Origin: Kiritimatiella glycovorans
GTDB taxonomy: Bacteria; Verrucomicrobiota; Kiritimatiellia; Kiritimatiellales; Kiritimatiellaceae
NCBI RefSeq assembly: GCF_001017655.1
Contig: NZ_CP010904.1
Coordinates: 1,290,001-1,322,000, forward strand
Reading direction: 5' to 3'
DNA length: 32,000 nt
Shown here piece after piece: positions 7,061 to 16,407 of the stretch. Under the pieces are notes generated by a model. That model searched no databases. It had not been told where the DNA came from and worked only from the letters and a program-made list of their open reading frames with translations. Made by a program: the position numbers and the translations under genes. Positions within the stretch are counted from its first letter, which is position 1. Every line of letters starts with the position of its first letter.

Positions 7061-8733
7061 ACCGTCCGGACCAGGCCGCGTTCAACTGGTCGGAGGTCCC
7101 GATGAACAACGTCGAGCGCGTGGAAGTCCTCCGCGGTCCCGCCGGCGTTCTTTACGGGGACCATGCCGTGGCCGGCGTGATCAATATCATTACGCGAAAG
7201 AGCGCGGAAGAGATGGAACGCGACCTTTCGGTACAGGCCGGGTCTCACGGGTTCCACGACGAGAGCGCCGCCGTACGCGGATCGATCGACGGTCTGGGGT
7301 ACGCGGCGTCAATCAACCACCAGTCGGCCGACGGCTATCGCGACCATTCGCGCTATGACACGAAATCCGCGGCGCTGAACCTGGAGTACGGGGACGAAGA
7401 CGCGGCAGAGGTCTATTTCAGTCTGAATGCCGCGGAAAGCCAGTACCAGCTGCCCGGAGCCCTGAAGGAAGCGGAGATGGATGCCGACCGTGAACAGTCA
7501 CAGCCGTTTCATAATGACAACGCCGAAGAGCAGTCGATCTTCGCCGATTTCGGCATACGCATCGAGCCGGGCGCCGAACAGTCGCTGCTGCTGGATATCG
7601 GCTACGGGCGACGAAACATCAACGCGGAGTTTCACGTGACAGATCCGTTTTGGGCGTACGACACGTGGACCGAGTACAAGATCGACCGCTGGACGGCCTC
7701 GCCGAAATACCGGCTGACCCGTCCGCTGGGACGCTTCGACAACGAGCTGCTGATCGGGACCGATGTCGGCTACGAGCGGCTCGACACCGAGCAGGTGAAC
7801 CGGGACATGTTTGGCACGACCAGCGCCGATGCTCACATGAACCGCTGGACCGTAGGAGCCTATGCCCTCGATTCGCTCTACCTGAGCGATGAACTGATCG
7901 CCTCGCTGGGCGGCCGGCGTGAGAAATACGACATCGACTTCGAGGAATCGGGCTCCGCCGGAAATATCGACGAGAGCAAGGGGCGCTACGAAAACGCGTT
8001 TCACGGCGGACTCACCTGGCTGCCGCACGAACGGCTGAAACTGTTCACGCGCTACGAGGAGTTCTATCGGTTCCCCTCCACGGACGAACAGGCCGCGTAC
8101 TACGGCTACTTCGGCGTGGACGGATTCAACGCGAACATCGAGCCGGAGTCGGGACGCAGCTACGAGGCGGGGTGCACGGTCCATCCGCTTGATACGCTCG
8201 AGCTGGAAGGCACCGTGTTCCGCATGGAAATGAAGGATGAGATTGCGTTCGACGGCGCCACGCTCGTCAATTACGACGACACGCTGCACCAGGGGCTCGA
8301 ACTCGCCGCCACGTATCGCCCGGCCGACTGGGTCCGGATGAAGCTGTGGTATACGTTGCTCGAGGCGACCTTTACCGAGGGCGTAGACGACGGCAAAGAC
8401 ATCCCGCTCGCTCCGCAGAACGAGGTGGATCTCAACATGGATTTCTTCCTCGACGAGCACTGGACCCTGAACACGCATTTCGCATGGCTGGACAATCAGT
8501 TTGTCGCGGGCGACACTGCGAATGCCGCGGACGGCCTCGAGGCCTATGCGCTGTTCGATGCCTTTGTTCGTTACAAAACGACTCTGGGCGGCTGTGAAGT
8601 CGAGGCCTTCGCGGGAGCGGAAAATATCTTTGAAGAAGAATACGTCTTCTACGCGTCGAATTACGGGGCCGATACCACCTATTATCCGGCACCGGAGCGC
8701 GTGTTCAAGGGAGGCGTAAGCGTCCGCTTCTGA
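7057..8733 (+). CDS. TonB-dependent receptor (BtuB-like), remainder of plug plus beta-barrel; continuation of 6716-7060 in another frame
   Basis: Continues the plug (VERVEVLRGPAGVLYGDHAVAGVINIITR). Long barrel with a C-terminal aromatic residue (...GGVSVRF). This fragment alone has no signal peptide or TonB box. Confidence 0.85.
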   Translation: MNRPDQAAFNWSEVPMNNVERVEVLRGPAGVLYGDHAVAGVINIITRKSAEEMERDLSVQAGSHGFHDESAAVRGSIDGLGYAASINHQSADGYRDHSRYDTKSAALNLEYGDEDAAEVYFSLNAAESQYQLPGALKEAEMDADREQSQPFHNDNAEEQSIFADFGIRIEPGAEQSLLLDIGYGRRNINAEFHVTDPFWAYDTWTEYKIDRWTASPKYRLTRPLGRFDNELLIGTDVGYERLDTEQVNRDMFGTTSADAHMNRWTVGAYALDSLYLSDELIASLGGRREKYDIDFEESGSAGNIDESKGRYENAFHGGLTWLPHERLKLFTRYEEFYRFPSTDEQAAYYGYFGVDGFNANIEPESGRSYEAGCTVHPLDTLELEGTVFRMEMKDEIAFDGATLVNYDDTLHQGLELAATYRPADWVRMKLWYTLLEATFTEGVDDGKDIPLAPQNEVDLNMDFFLDEHWTLNTHFAWLDNQFVAGDTANAADGLEAYALFDAFVRYKTTLGGCEVEAFAGAENIFEEEYVFYASNYGADTTYYPAPERVFKGGVSVRF

Positions 8734-8755
8734 TGCGGACCGGGAGGCAGGACGG

Positions 8756-9406
8756 ATGCAGGAGCTGATGATACGCGGCGGACCGTTGATGTGGCCTCTG
8801 GCCGCATGTTCGCTGATCGCGCTGGCCGTCATCCTCGAGCGGGGCTGGTTCTGGTTCCGGCTCGCGCGGCGGCGGGACAGGGAATTGATCAACCGTCTCT
8901 TCTCGATGACGGAAGAGGGGCGGTTCGACGAGGCCGCGGCGGCGGGAGCACAATCTCCCGCCGTCACGGTCCGCGTACTCACGGCGGGCCTGGTTCACCG
9001 AAACTACGACCTCCCCTCCAGCATGGAGGCGGCCGCGATGGCCGAACTCGAGCACATGAAGCGGGGCCTGGGCGTACTGGATACCATTATCACGCTGGCC
9101 CCGCTGCTCGGCATACTCGGGACCGTCTCCGGCATCATCCTCTCCTTCGACCTGCTTTCGGAAGCAGGCATACAGAACCCGCGCGCCGTGACCGGCGGGA
9201 TCGCCCAGGCCCTGATCACCACGGCCACGGGACTCGCGATCGCGATTGTCACCGTGATCCCCTACAACGCACTGAACAGCAAAACGGACAAAGTGGCGAG
9301 GTACCTGGAAAACATCGCCACCCACTTCGAACTGACCTATCGGAAAGGTCTGGAGCGGCTCGATGAAGCTGAACACGGGAAAGGACCGGCGGCGCGCACG
9401 CATTGA
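8756..9406 (+). CDS. exbB: MotA/TolQ/ExbB proton-channel protein
   Basis: Three predicted TM segments and family motifs LAPLLGILGTVSGII and GGIAQALITTATGLAIAI. Confidence 0.85.
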   Translation: MQELMIRGGPLMWPLAACSLIALAVILERGWFWFRLARRRDRELINRLFSMTEEGRFDEAAAAGAQSPAVTVRVLTAGLVHRNYDLPSSMEAAAMAELEHMKRGLGVLDTIITLAPLLGILGTVSGIILSFDLLSEAGIQNPRAVTGGIAQALITTATGLAIAIVTVIPYNALNSKTDKVARYLENIATHFELTYRKGLERLDEAEHGKGPAARTH

Positions 9407-9788
9407 GATGCTGCCGCTGATCGACGTCGTCTTTCTTCTGCTGGTGTTTTTCATCTACGCCATGCTCTCGATGGTGGTTCACCGGGGTATTGAAGTCCAA
9501 CTGCCCGGCGCCGCCTCGGCGCAGACGGATCAGCGCGAGAGCGTGACGGTGTCCATCGACCGGGACCGGAGTCTGTTCGTCGAAGGCCGGGAAACATCGC
9601 TGTCGGAACTGGCCGCACGGGTCCGCGCGGCACGCGGTCGCCGCGGCACAAACCTGCCGGTGTGGATCGAAGGCCACCGCGAGGCGCCGCTGGACATCGC
9701 CGTCGGGGCGCTGGACGCCCTTCGGTCCGCCGGCATCACCGAAGTATCCTTCGCATGCGAACGGAAACCCGATATCTCCGCACCATGA
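9363..9788 (+). CDS. exbD: ExbD/TolR biopolymer transport protein
   Basis: Basic N-terminus followed by PLIDVVFLLLVFF and a periplasmic domain. The ATG at 9363 overlaps exbB by 44 nt; an alternative ATG at 9408 would remove the family-typical basic N-terminus. Confidence 0.85.
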   Translation: MKLNTGKDRRRARIEMLPLIDVVFLLLVFFIYAMLSMVVHRGIEVQLPGAASAQTDQRESVTVSIDRDRSLFVEGRETSLSELAARVRAARGRRGTNLPVWIEGHREAPLDIAVGALDALRSAGITEVSFACERKPDISAP

Positions 9789-10543
9789 GTGCCGCGCTGG
9801 CCGTCTCGGCCGGCCTGCATGTACTCGCGTACAGGTGGGCGCCGCCGTCCTCCCGGGTTTCACCCCCGGAAGCCGAACTGGCTGCGGGTCGGACCGTACT
9901 GACGATGCGTCTCGCGCCGTCGGCACCGGCGGATCAGAGCCAAAAAGATCGCAGAGCTCCGGAGAAGGCGGAGGAAACCGAGTCCGCGGCCCGGCCGGAA
10001 CAAACCCGTAAAGCCGAACCGGAACCTGCGCGCGAGACGGATCCGCCCCCGCAGCACACTTCACCGAAGCAACCGCCGCCTGAACAGAACGAGACGGAGC
10101 GGCCGGAACGCACCGAACCTGCCGCGGACGACGTTGAACCGGAGCCGAGCCCTGACGAGCCGCGCGAACGTCCGGATCCGGCCCCTGCAGAACCCGCCGT
10201 GGAAGAAGATTCGCCGAATCCGCAGGCCGAAGCTTCCGCATCCTCGGCGGCCCCGCAGGGGACCGAGCGCCCCGCCCCCGTCGAAGGCCGCATCGTTCCG
10301 GACTACCCCCTGCTCTCCCGAAAGCGGGGCGAAGAAGGGACCGTGACACTCGAGGTGCACGTCAGCGCAGAGGGCAAACCCGAACGCGTCACCGTGAGCG
10401 ACGGCAGCGGTCACCGCCGACTCGACCGCGCCGCCGTGCGTGCGGTGCGCAGGACCTCCTTCCGTCCCGCGCGGCGGAACGGAAGGCCCGTGCCGATGAC
10501 CTATACGCAGCGAATCACCTTCCGACTGGAGAAGTCTCCTTGA
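9785..10543 (+). CDS. tonB: TonB energy transducer
   Basis: Start set to the ATG at 9785, which overlaps the exbD stop (ATGA). N-terminal TM segment, long Pro/Glu-rich spacer, and C-terminal TonB domain (YPLLSRKRGEEGTVTLEVHV...GKP...V..SGHRRLDRAAVRAV). Confidence 0.85.
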   Translation: MSAALAVSAGLHVLAYRWAPPSSRVSPPEAELAAGRTVLTMRLAPSAPADQSQKDRRAPEKAEETESAARPEQTRKAEPEPARETDPPPQHTSPKQPPPEQNETERPERTEPAADDVEPEPSPDEPRERPDPAPAEPAVEEDSPNPQAEASASSAAPQGTERPAPVEGRIVPDYPLLSRKRGEEGTVTLEVHVSAEGKPERVTVSDGSGHRRLDRAAVRAVRRTSFRPARRNGRPVPMTYTQRITFRLEKSP

Positions 10544-11430
10544 ACCGGACCCTTGCCATCATCCTCCTGTCCGCTGCGGCGGTCCCGGCGATCACGGGTT
10601 GTTCCCCCGATCCCTCCGCGCCCGCCGACCGCGACCGTCCGCCGGAGCGTATCGTATCGCTGGCCCCGAGCATCACGGAGATGCTGTTCGCGCTCGGACT
10701 CGGCTCGAAGGTCGTCGGCGTCTCCAGGTTCGCGGACTATCCGCCCGCGGTCGAGGACCTGCCGCGGGTCGGCGGATACGTCGACCCCGACTACGAACGG
10801 ATCCTCAAACTGAATCCCGACCTCGTCTGCGTGGTCGACACCGACGCGCAGGGGATCGAGGCCCTCCGCGATCTCGGACTCCGGGTGGCCGCCCTTCCCC
10901 ATCAGGACATCGAAGACATTTACCGCGCCCTCGGGAAACTCGGCCGCATCTTCGGGGTGCCGGAACGCGCGGAGGCATTAAACCGGCGGCTCAGGGAGCG
11001 CGGGAAGGCATTGACGCGCGCGGCGGACGGCGACGAGCGCCCGGCAACGCTTATCTGCATCAGCCGCCGCGCGGGCCGCGGCGTGCCGGCGGAAGTGATC
11101 GCGATCGGTCCGGAGACGTTCTACCACGAACTGCTGGTCCGGGCCGGAGGCCGCAACGTCTACGAGGGATCGCTGCGTTACCCGACCCTCTCCTACGAAT
11201 CGCTGGTGCGCCTCGACCCGGAGGTCATCATCGACGTGCACCCCTACGGCCAGAGCGCCGCGGAAATCGACACGCTGCGGAACGACTGGGAGGGCGCGGA
11301 CGCACTGACCGCGGTGCGGCGGGACCGGGTCTATATCTACACCGCCCGCCACGCGGCCATCCCGGGTCCCCGCTTTGTAAAGGTACTGGAGGATTTCGTG
11401 GAGATGATCCATGATGACCCGCACGAATGA
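10540..11430 (+). CDS. ABC transporter periplasmic substrate-binding lipoprotein, cobalamin/siderophore (BtuF-like) family
   Basis: TTG start overlapping the tonB stop (TTGA). Lipobox AITGCS and class-III binding-protein motifs (IVSLAPSITEMLFALG, NPDLV). Confidence 0.75.
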   Translation: MNRTLAIILLSAAAVPAITGCSPDPSAPADRDRPPERIVSLAPSITEMLFALGLGSKVVGVSRFADYPPAVEDLPRVGGYVDPDYERILKLNPDLVCVVDTDAQGIEALRDLGLRVAALPHQDIEDIYRALGKLGRIFGVPERAEALNRRLRERGKALTRAADGDERPATLICISRRAGRGVPAEVIAIGPETFYHELLVRAGGRNVYEGSLRYPTLSYESLVRLDPEVIIDVHPYGQSAAEIDTLRNDWEGADALTAVRRDRVYIYTARHAAIPGPRFVKVLEDFVEMIHDDPHE

Positions 11431-11433
11431 ACC

Positions 11434-12225
11434 ATGACAGCCACCCCGCTCATCAGAACAGACCAGCTCTCGATCGAACTGAACGGCCACGAGATCCTTC
11501 GCCGGGTCGGCTTCACGGTCGGACGCGGCGAGTACCTCTCGATCATCGGTCCGAACGGCGCGGGTAAGAGCACCCTGCTGCGATGCCTGTGCCGGATCGA
11601 GCGCCGCTGGCGCGGCACGCTGGAACTCGACGGCCGTCCTCTCGCGTCGATCCGTCAGCGCGAGTTCGCCCGCACCGCCGGCTACGTGCCCCAGGCGCAC
11701 GGTCCGTGTCCCCCGTTCACCGTCGGTGAATTCGTGCGCATGGGACGCTATCCGTACCGTACGCCCTTTGAATCGCTGACGCCGGAAGACCTGGGGGCGG
11801 TTCGGGAGGCGATGGAGAAGGCCGGCGTCGAACGATTTGAAGACCGGCGCCTGGCGACGCTCAGCGGCGGCGAGCGGCAGATGGTGTATCTCGCCGCGAC
11901 GCTGGCCCAGGGCGCGGAACTTCTGCTTCTCGATGAGCCCGCCACCTTTCTCGATTACCGGCATCAGGTGGAGCTGATGCGCACGCTCCGCGCGCTCCAC
12001 CGGGACGCCGGCGTCACCGTCATCGCCGTGGACCACGACCTCAATCGCGTCACGGGATGCAGCGACCGCGTACTCGCCCTCCGGGAGGGCGGCGTGTTTT
12101 TTGACGGGCCGCCCGCCGCGCTGCTGGAGGGATCGCGCCTCGAATCCCTGTATGGAACGCCGTTCTCCCGTATCGACACCGACCTGCGGCCGACCCCGGT
12201 CGTCGTCTGCGGGGAGGGGATATGA
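11434..12225 (+). CDS. ABC transporter ATP-binding protein (BtuD/FecE-like)
   Basis: Walker A GPNGAGKST, signature LSGGERQ, Walker B LLLLDEP. Confidence 0.88.
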   Translation: MTATPLIRTDQLSIELNGHEILRRVGFTVGRGEYLSIIGPNGAGKSTLLRCLCRIERRWRGTLELDGRPLASIRQREFARTAGYVPQAHGPCPPFTVGEFVRMGRYPYRTPFESLTPEDLGAVREAMEKAGVERFEDRRLATLSGGERQMVYLAATLAQGAELLLLDEPATFLDYRHQVELMRTLRALHRDAGVTVIAVDHDLNRVTGCSDRVLALREGGVFFDGPPAALLEGSRLESLYGTPFSRIDTDLRPTPVVVCGEGI

Positions 12226-13226
12226 AACCGGCCTTCGCGCATCCCCGGACCATGCTCGTCCTCCTCGGGGCGGCCGCCGTACTGGTGCTGCTCGTTACCC
12301 CGCTGCTGGGACCGGACGTAATTCCGCCCGGGGCGCTGTTCGGCCGCGGCGACCCGGCGGAGATCAGGATCCTTCGGCAGCTTCGTATTCCGCGCGTCCT
12401 TACGGCGTGGCTCGCCGGCTGTGCCCTGGCGCTGTGCGGAATGACGTTTCAGGCCCTCTTCAGAAACCCGCTGGCCACGCCCTTTACCCTGGGGGCCTCC
12501 AGCGGAGCGGCGCTGGGGGCCTCGATCGCCATCCGCTTCGGAGCGGCCACCGCCCTGTTCGGCCTCCCGCTCCAGGCCGCCGGCGCCTTTGCCGGCGCGC
12601 TGCTGACCGTCGCCCTGGTCTACGGGCTGACCCGGATGAAGGGCGGGTTCAGCACCACCACCCTTCTGCTCGCCGGTCTCGCGGTCAGTTTTTTCTTCTC
12701 GAGCCTGATCCTGTTCATCCAGTATCTGGCGGGGGTCGAACACACCTTCCGCATCGTGCGCTGGCTGATGGGTTCCGTTGCGGTGACGGATTACGGCCCG
12801 CCGCTGATGCTGTTCCTTATTGCCGCCGGCGGACTGGCCGTGCTGACCGCTCATGTCCGCGAACTCAATCTGCTCGCGGCCGGCGAGGAGATCGCGCTGA
12901 GTCGCGGCGCGGAGGTGGACCGGATCAAGAAATGGCTGTATCTGGCGGTATCGCTGATGGTCGGGGGCGTGGTGGCGGTGTGCGGCCCGATCGGATTCGT
13001 CGGCATGATGGCGCCGCACATCTGCCGCCTGCTGGTCGGTCCTCACCACCGCTATCTGCTGCCGGCGTCCGCGCTCTTCGGCGGCGCCTTTCTCGCGCTG
13101 TGCGATCTGGGGGCGCGGACGCTGATCGCCCCGGCGGACATGCCCGTCGGGGTCTGGACGGCGCTGATCGGCGGACCGTTTTTTATCGTGCTCCTGCTGA
13201 CGCGGGCGGTGCAGCATGAAATGTAG
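12222..13226 (+). CDS. FecCD-family ABC permease (BtuC-like)
   Basis: ATGA overlap with the ATPase gene. Highly hydrophobic multi-TM protein with the FecCD-type C-terminus (ALIGGPFFIVLL). Confidence 0.85.
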   Translation: MKPAFAHPRTMLVLLGAAAVLVLLVTPLLGPDVIPPGALFGRGDPAEIRILRQLRIPRVLTAWLAGCALALCGMTFQALFRNPLATPFTLGASSGAALGASIAIRFGAATALFGLPLQAAGAFAGALLTVALVYGLTRMKGGFSTTTLLLAGLAVSFFFSSLILFIQYLAGVEHTFRIVRWLMGSVAVTDYGPPLMLFLIAAGGLAVLTAHVRELNLLAAGEEIALSRGAEVDRIKKWLYLAVSLMVGGVVAVCGPIGFVGMMAPHICRLLVGPHHRYLLPASALFGGAFLALCDLGARTLIAPADMPVGVWTALIGGPFFIVLLLTRAVQHEM

Positions 13227-13241
13227 GCCCTGACGAAAGCC

Positions 13242-13787
13242 ATGACGGAAGGCGGAGCCATGAATGCGGACTGGAGCGGACGGGTCCAGGTCTACACGGG
13301 CCGGGGCAAGGGAAAGACGACGGCGGCTCTGGGCCTGGCGCTGCGCGCGGCCGGATGGGGTCTGCCGGTGTACATCGGCCAGTTCCTGAAGCAGCACAAC
13401 GGCGGGGAGCACCGCGCGCTGAACCGGAACGAACTCCCCGTCACCCTCGAATGTTTCGGTACGGGCCGCTTCGTGACGGGAGCGCCGGACCGGCGGGAAC
13501 TCGAGGCGGCCGCGGAGGGCGTGCGGCGCTGCACGGATGTCCTTCGCCGGGCGCAACACCGCCTGGTCGTGCTCGACGAGATCCTCGGCGCGATCGAGGC
13601 CGGCGTGGTGGAGGAGGACACCGTGACGCGCTGGATCGACGAGCGGCCGGCTTCCGTGGAGCTGGTGCTCACCGGCCGCACGGCGCCGCAGAGCATTCTC
13701 GAACGCGCCGATCTCGTTTCCGAGGTAACCTGCACACGACACTATTTCGACGCCGGCGTGCCGGCGCGATGCGGCATCGAGTGGTAA
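13242..13787 (+). CDS. cobO: Cob(I)yrinic acid a,c-diamide / cob(I)alamin adenosyltransferase
   Basis: VYTGRGKGKTTAALG P-loop and VLDEI motif typical of CobO/BtuR. The start could also be the ATG at 13260. Confidence 0.85.
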   Translation: MTEGGAMNADWSGRVQVYTGRGKGKTTAALGLALRAAGWGLPVYIGQFLKQHNGGEHRALNRNELPVTLECFGTGRFVTGAPDRRELEAAAEGVRRCTDVLRRAQHRLVVLDEILGAIEAGVVEEDTVTRWIDERPASVELVLTGRTAPQSILERADLVSEVTCTRHYFDAGVPARCGIEW

Positions 13788-13804
13788 ACGAACACGACCG
13801 CCGC

Positions 13805-16135
13805 TCAGCCCGCGGCGCCCTGCCGGCGGTACTCCTCGATGAACTTCGAGTAGCTTTCACCGTACAGTTCCCGCTTCATGCGTTCGATATATTCGTCCAG
13901 CTCGCAGATCATCGCCACCGACAGCATGCGCTCCGCCGCCTCCCTGCACTGCTCGATATCGAGCGCGGCCAGCATCGCCCGGAACTCGGGGATGCGGTGG
14001 ACATCCACGCTGAACTTGCGCAGTCCCACGCCGAGGAAGAAAGGCAGCATGCCCGGATCGAGCGCGGCCTCTCCGCAGACGGAACAGTCGGTGCCGTTGC
14101 GTTCGGCCGCCTCCGCGATCTTTTTGACCGCCCTGAGTACCGCCGGGTGGTGCGGGACGTAGAAGTTGGCCACCTGCTCATTGGTGCGGTCCACGGCCAG
14201 CATGTACTGAATCAGGTCGTTGGTGCCGATCGACATGAAATCGGCATGCTCGGCCAGTTCGTGGACCACCTCGACCGCCGAAGGCAATTCGACCATCGGC
14301 CCGAGTTCCACGCTCGCCGGCGTCGCCACGCCTTCGGAGCGCAGTTCCCGTTCGCACTCACGCACGATGTCGGCCGCCTCCACGTAATCGTCTACGGAGG
14401 AGATCATGGGAAACATGATACGGACGCGGCGGTCCTCCGCCGCGCGCAGAATCGCGCGCAGCTGCTCCCGGAAAATATCGCGATTGCGCAGTGAAAACCG
14501 GATGGCGCGCAGGCCGAGGAACGGATTGGATTCCTCGTTCGGCGCATAATAGGAGAGCATTTTATCGCCGCCGATATCGAGGGTACGAATCGTGATCTCA
14601 TGCGTCCCCATCGAATCGCAGAGCTGGCGATAGATCCGCAGCTGTTCGTCCTCCATCGGAAAATCGTCGCGGATCAGAAACGGGAACTCGCTCCGGTAGA
14701 GACCCACGCCTTCCGCGTGATAGCCGGAGGCGCGGCGCAGATCGCTCAGGAGATTGATGTTCGCCTGAACCGTGACGCGTACGGCGTCCCCGGTATACGT
14801 CTCCTCCTGTTTCGCCCAGGGGCTCGTACGGACGCTGTGCTCGCGGCGGGTCAGTTCCCGGTACCGGTCACGCACATCGTCATCGGGTTCCACGAAGACC
14901 GTACCCTGGTAGGCATCCAGCAGGAGTTCCGTGCCTTCCTCCACGGGAAGCGAACGCGGCTCATCGAGCACGACCATGGGCATCTGGATCGACCGCGCCA
15001 GTATATTCACATGGGCGCTGACCCCGCCGCGCATCATCAGGAGTCCGGCCGCGTTCTGGGCGCTGAGCGAAAGGAGTTCGGAGGGCAGCACTTCCGAGGC
15101 GATGATGATATGTCCGCTGTAGTCGCTGTGGTCGTCGTTCACGCCGAAAAGATTGTGAAGCAGCCGGTGGCCCAGGTCCTTGATGTCGTGGATTTTCTCC
15201 CGCAGACGGGCATTGCGGCTCTTCGTGAAAAACTGGACATAGCGGTTGACGACCTCGACCACGGCCTGTCGCGGCGTCATCCCGCCCTCGATCATCCGGC
15301 GTATCGACCCCGAGAATTCCTCGTCCTTCAGGATGAGCAGATGGGCGTTGAAGATCAGTCCGGCCACATCGTCGAGCTGTTCCTCGACCTGGCTCTGCAG
15401 TTCCTCGAGCTGCTGTTCGGTCTCCCGCAGGGCGCGGTTGAAATCCTCGACCGTAAACGGTTCCTTCCGCTCGGGCGCCTGTTCCAGGAAGGCCTCGATA
15501 TCCGGCGCGTCCAGCAGCGCGGCTTTGCCGAGCACGATCCCGCCCGAGGCAGGAGTGCCGCGGAGAAACTTCAGCGGCTCGAGTTCGGCGCGGGGTTTTT
15601 CGTCGCGCGCTTCCGCCTGGTGGATGCTGAGCAGCAGATCGGCGCCCTCGATCGTGCGCGCGAGCTGAGACGAGATCGTGCGCAGGGTCTTGATGTCTTC
15701 GGGGCCGAAACGGTCGGGCTGACGATCCTGCAGCACCAGCACGCCGATCCGTTCCAGCCCGCGCGCGATGGGCAGCGCCAGAAAGGCCTCGTACGATTCC
15801 TCATCGATGCCGGGCACAAAGCGGTAATCCGGATGGTGGGAGGCGTGTCCCACGTTGATCGGCCTCAGCTCGCGCAGTGCCACGCCGGTGATCCCCTCGC
15901 CCACCCGCAGGCGGACGCGTCCGATCGCGTCCGGTTTCAACCCGCGATTGGCCCGCATCACGATCTCACTCCCCGAGTCCTCCAGCAGGTAGATCGAGCA
16001 GACCTCGGCCTTCATGTGGCGGCTGATCATATCCACCACATTATCGAGAAACTCGTCCAGCCCCTGGCTGCTCTCGAAGAGATTGGCGAACTCCGAAATA
16101 TCGTACACCAGGTCGAGATGGTCCCTGTCCGTCAT
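13805..16135 (-). CDS. ptsP: Phosphoenolpyruvate-protein phosphotransferase with N-terminal GAF domain (EI-Ntr)
   Basis: N-terminal GAF-like region (about 170 aa). Enzyme I phospho-His motif GGVSAHVNILARS and PEP-utilising motif SIGTNDLIQY. AAGGAG RBS upstream of the ATG at 16135. Confidence 0.88.
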   Translation of the reverse strand: MTDRDHLDLVYDISEFANLFESSQGLDEFLDNVVDMISRHMKAEVCSIYLLEDSGSEIVMRANRGLKPDAIGRVRLRVGEGITGVALRELRPINVGHASHHPDYRFVPGIDEESYEAFLALPIARGLERIGVLVLQDRQPDRFGPEDIKTLRTISSQLARTIEGADLLLSIHQAEARDEKPRAELEPLKFLRGTPASGGIVLGKAALLDAPDIEAFLEQAPERKEPFTVEDFNRALRETEQQLEELQSQVEEQLDDVAGLIFNAHLLILKDEEFSGSIRRMIEGGMTPRQAVVEVVNRYVQFFTKSRNARLREKIHDIKDLGHRLLHNLFGVNDDHSDYSGHIIIASEVLPSELLSLSAQNAAGLLMMRGGVSAHVNILARSIQMPMVVLDEPRSLPVEEGTELLLDAYQGTVFVEPDDDVRDRYRELTRREHSVRTSPWAKQEETYTGDAVRVTVQANINLLSDLRRASGYHAEGVGLYRSEFPFLIRDDFPMEDEQLRIYRQLCDSMGTHEITIRTLDIGGDKMLSYYAPNEESNPFLGLRAIRFSLRNRDIFREQLRAILRAAEDRRVRIMFPMISSVDDYVEAADIVRECERELRSEGVATPASVELGPMVELPSAVEVVHELAEHADFMSIGTNDLIQYMLAVDRTNEQVANFYVPHHPAVLRAVKKIAEAAERNGTDCSVCGEAALDPGMLPFFLGVGLRKFSVDVHRIPEFRAMLAALDIEQCREAAERMLSVAMICELDEYIERMKRELYGESYSKFIEEYRRQGAAG

Positions 16136-16231
16136 GCCGTTTTCTCCTTCTCCGGGCCGCTATTTTTAGCGGAAACAGGTGGAGCAGGCCAGCAGAACCG
16201 GAGGGGGGATGAGAAATCGGGAACGGAGAAA

Positions 16232-16303
16232 GAATCAGAGTCAGAATCAGAGTCAGAGTGAGAGTCAAAGAGAGTTTGAAACCTGAGAGCTGAGACCTGA
16301 GTA
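16232..16303. repeat. Tandem micro-repeats inside a polypurine tract (12-mer GAATCAGAGTCA x2 plus a degenerate third copy, then 7-mers CCTGAGA/GCTGAGA/CCTGAGT)
   Basis: Read directly from the sequence in the divergent ptsP / M16-peptidase intergenic region. Confidence 0.7.
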
Positions 16304-16407
16304 AGAGCGGATCACAGACTTTTCGAACTCGCATCTCCCGGCGCCGTTTTTCTTTACCTGCATGCGCGGATCGCCTAGCGTGCCGGGTTTCGACCGGAGC
16401 ACGCACC

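Noticed and set aside
7036-7062. Programmed -1 ribosomal frameshifting as the explanation for the split receptor gene.
   Set aside because: There is no slippery X-XXY-YYZ heptamer or homopolymer at the junction and no obvious downstream pseudoknot. A single inserted G restores the canonical plug motif, so a deletion or assembly error is the simpler explanation.
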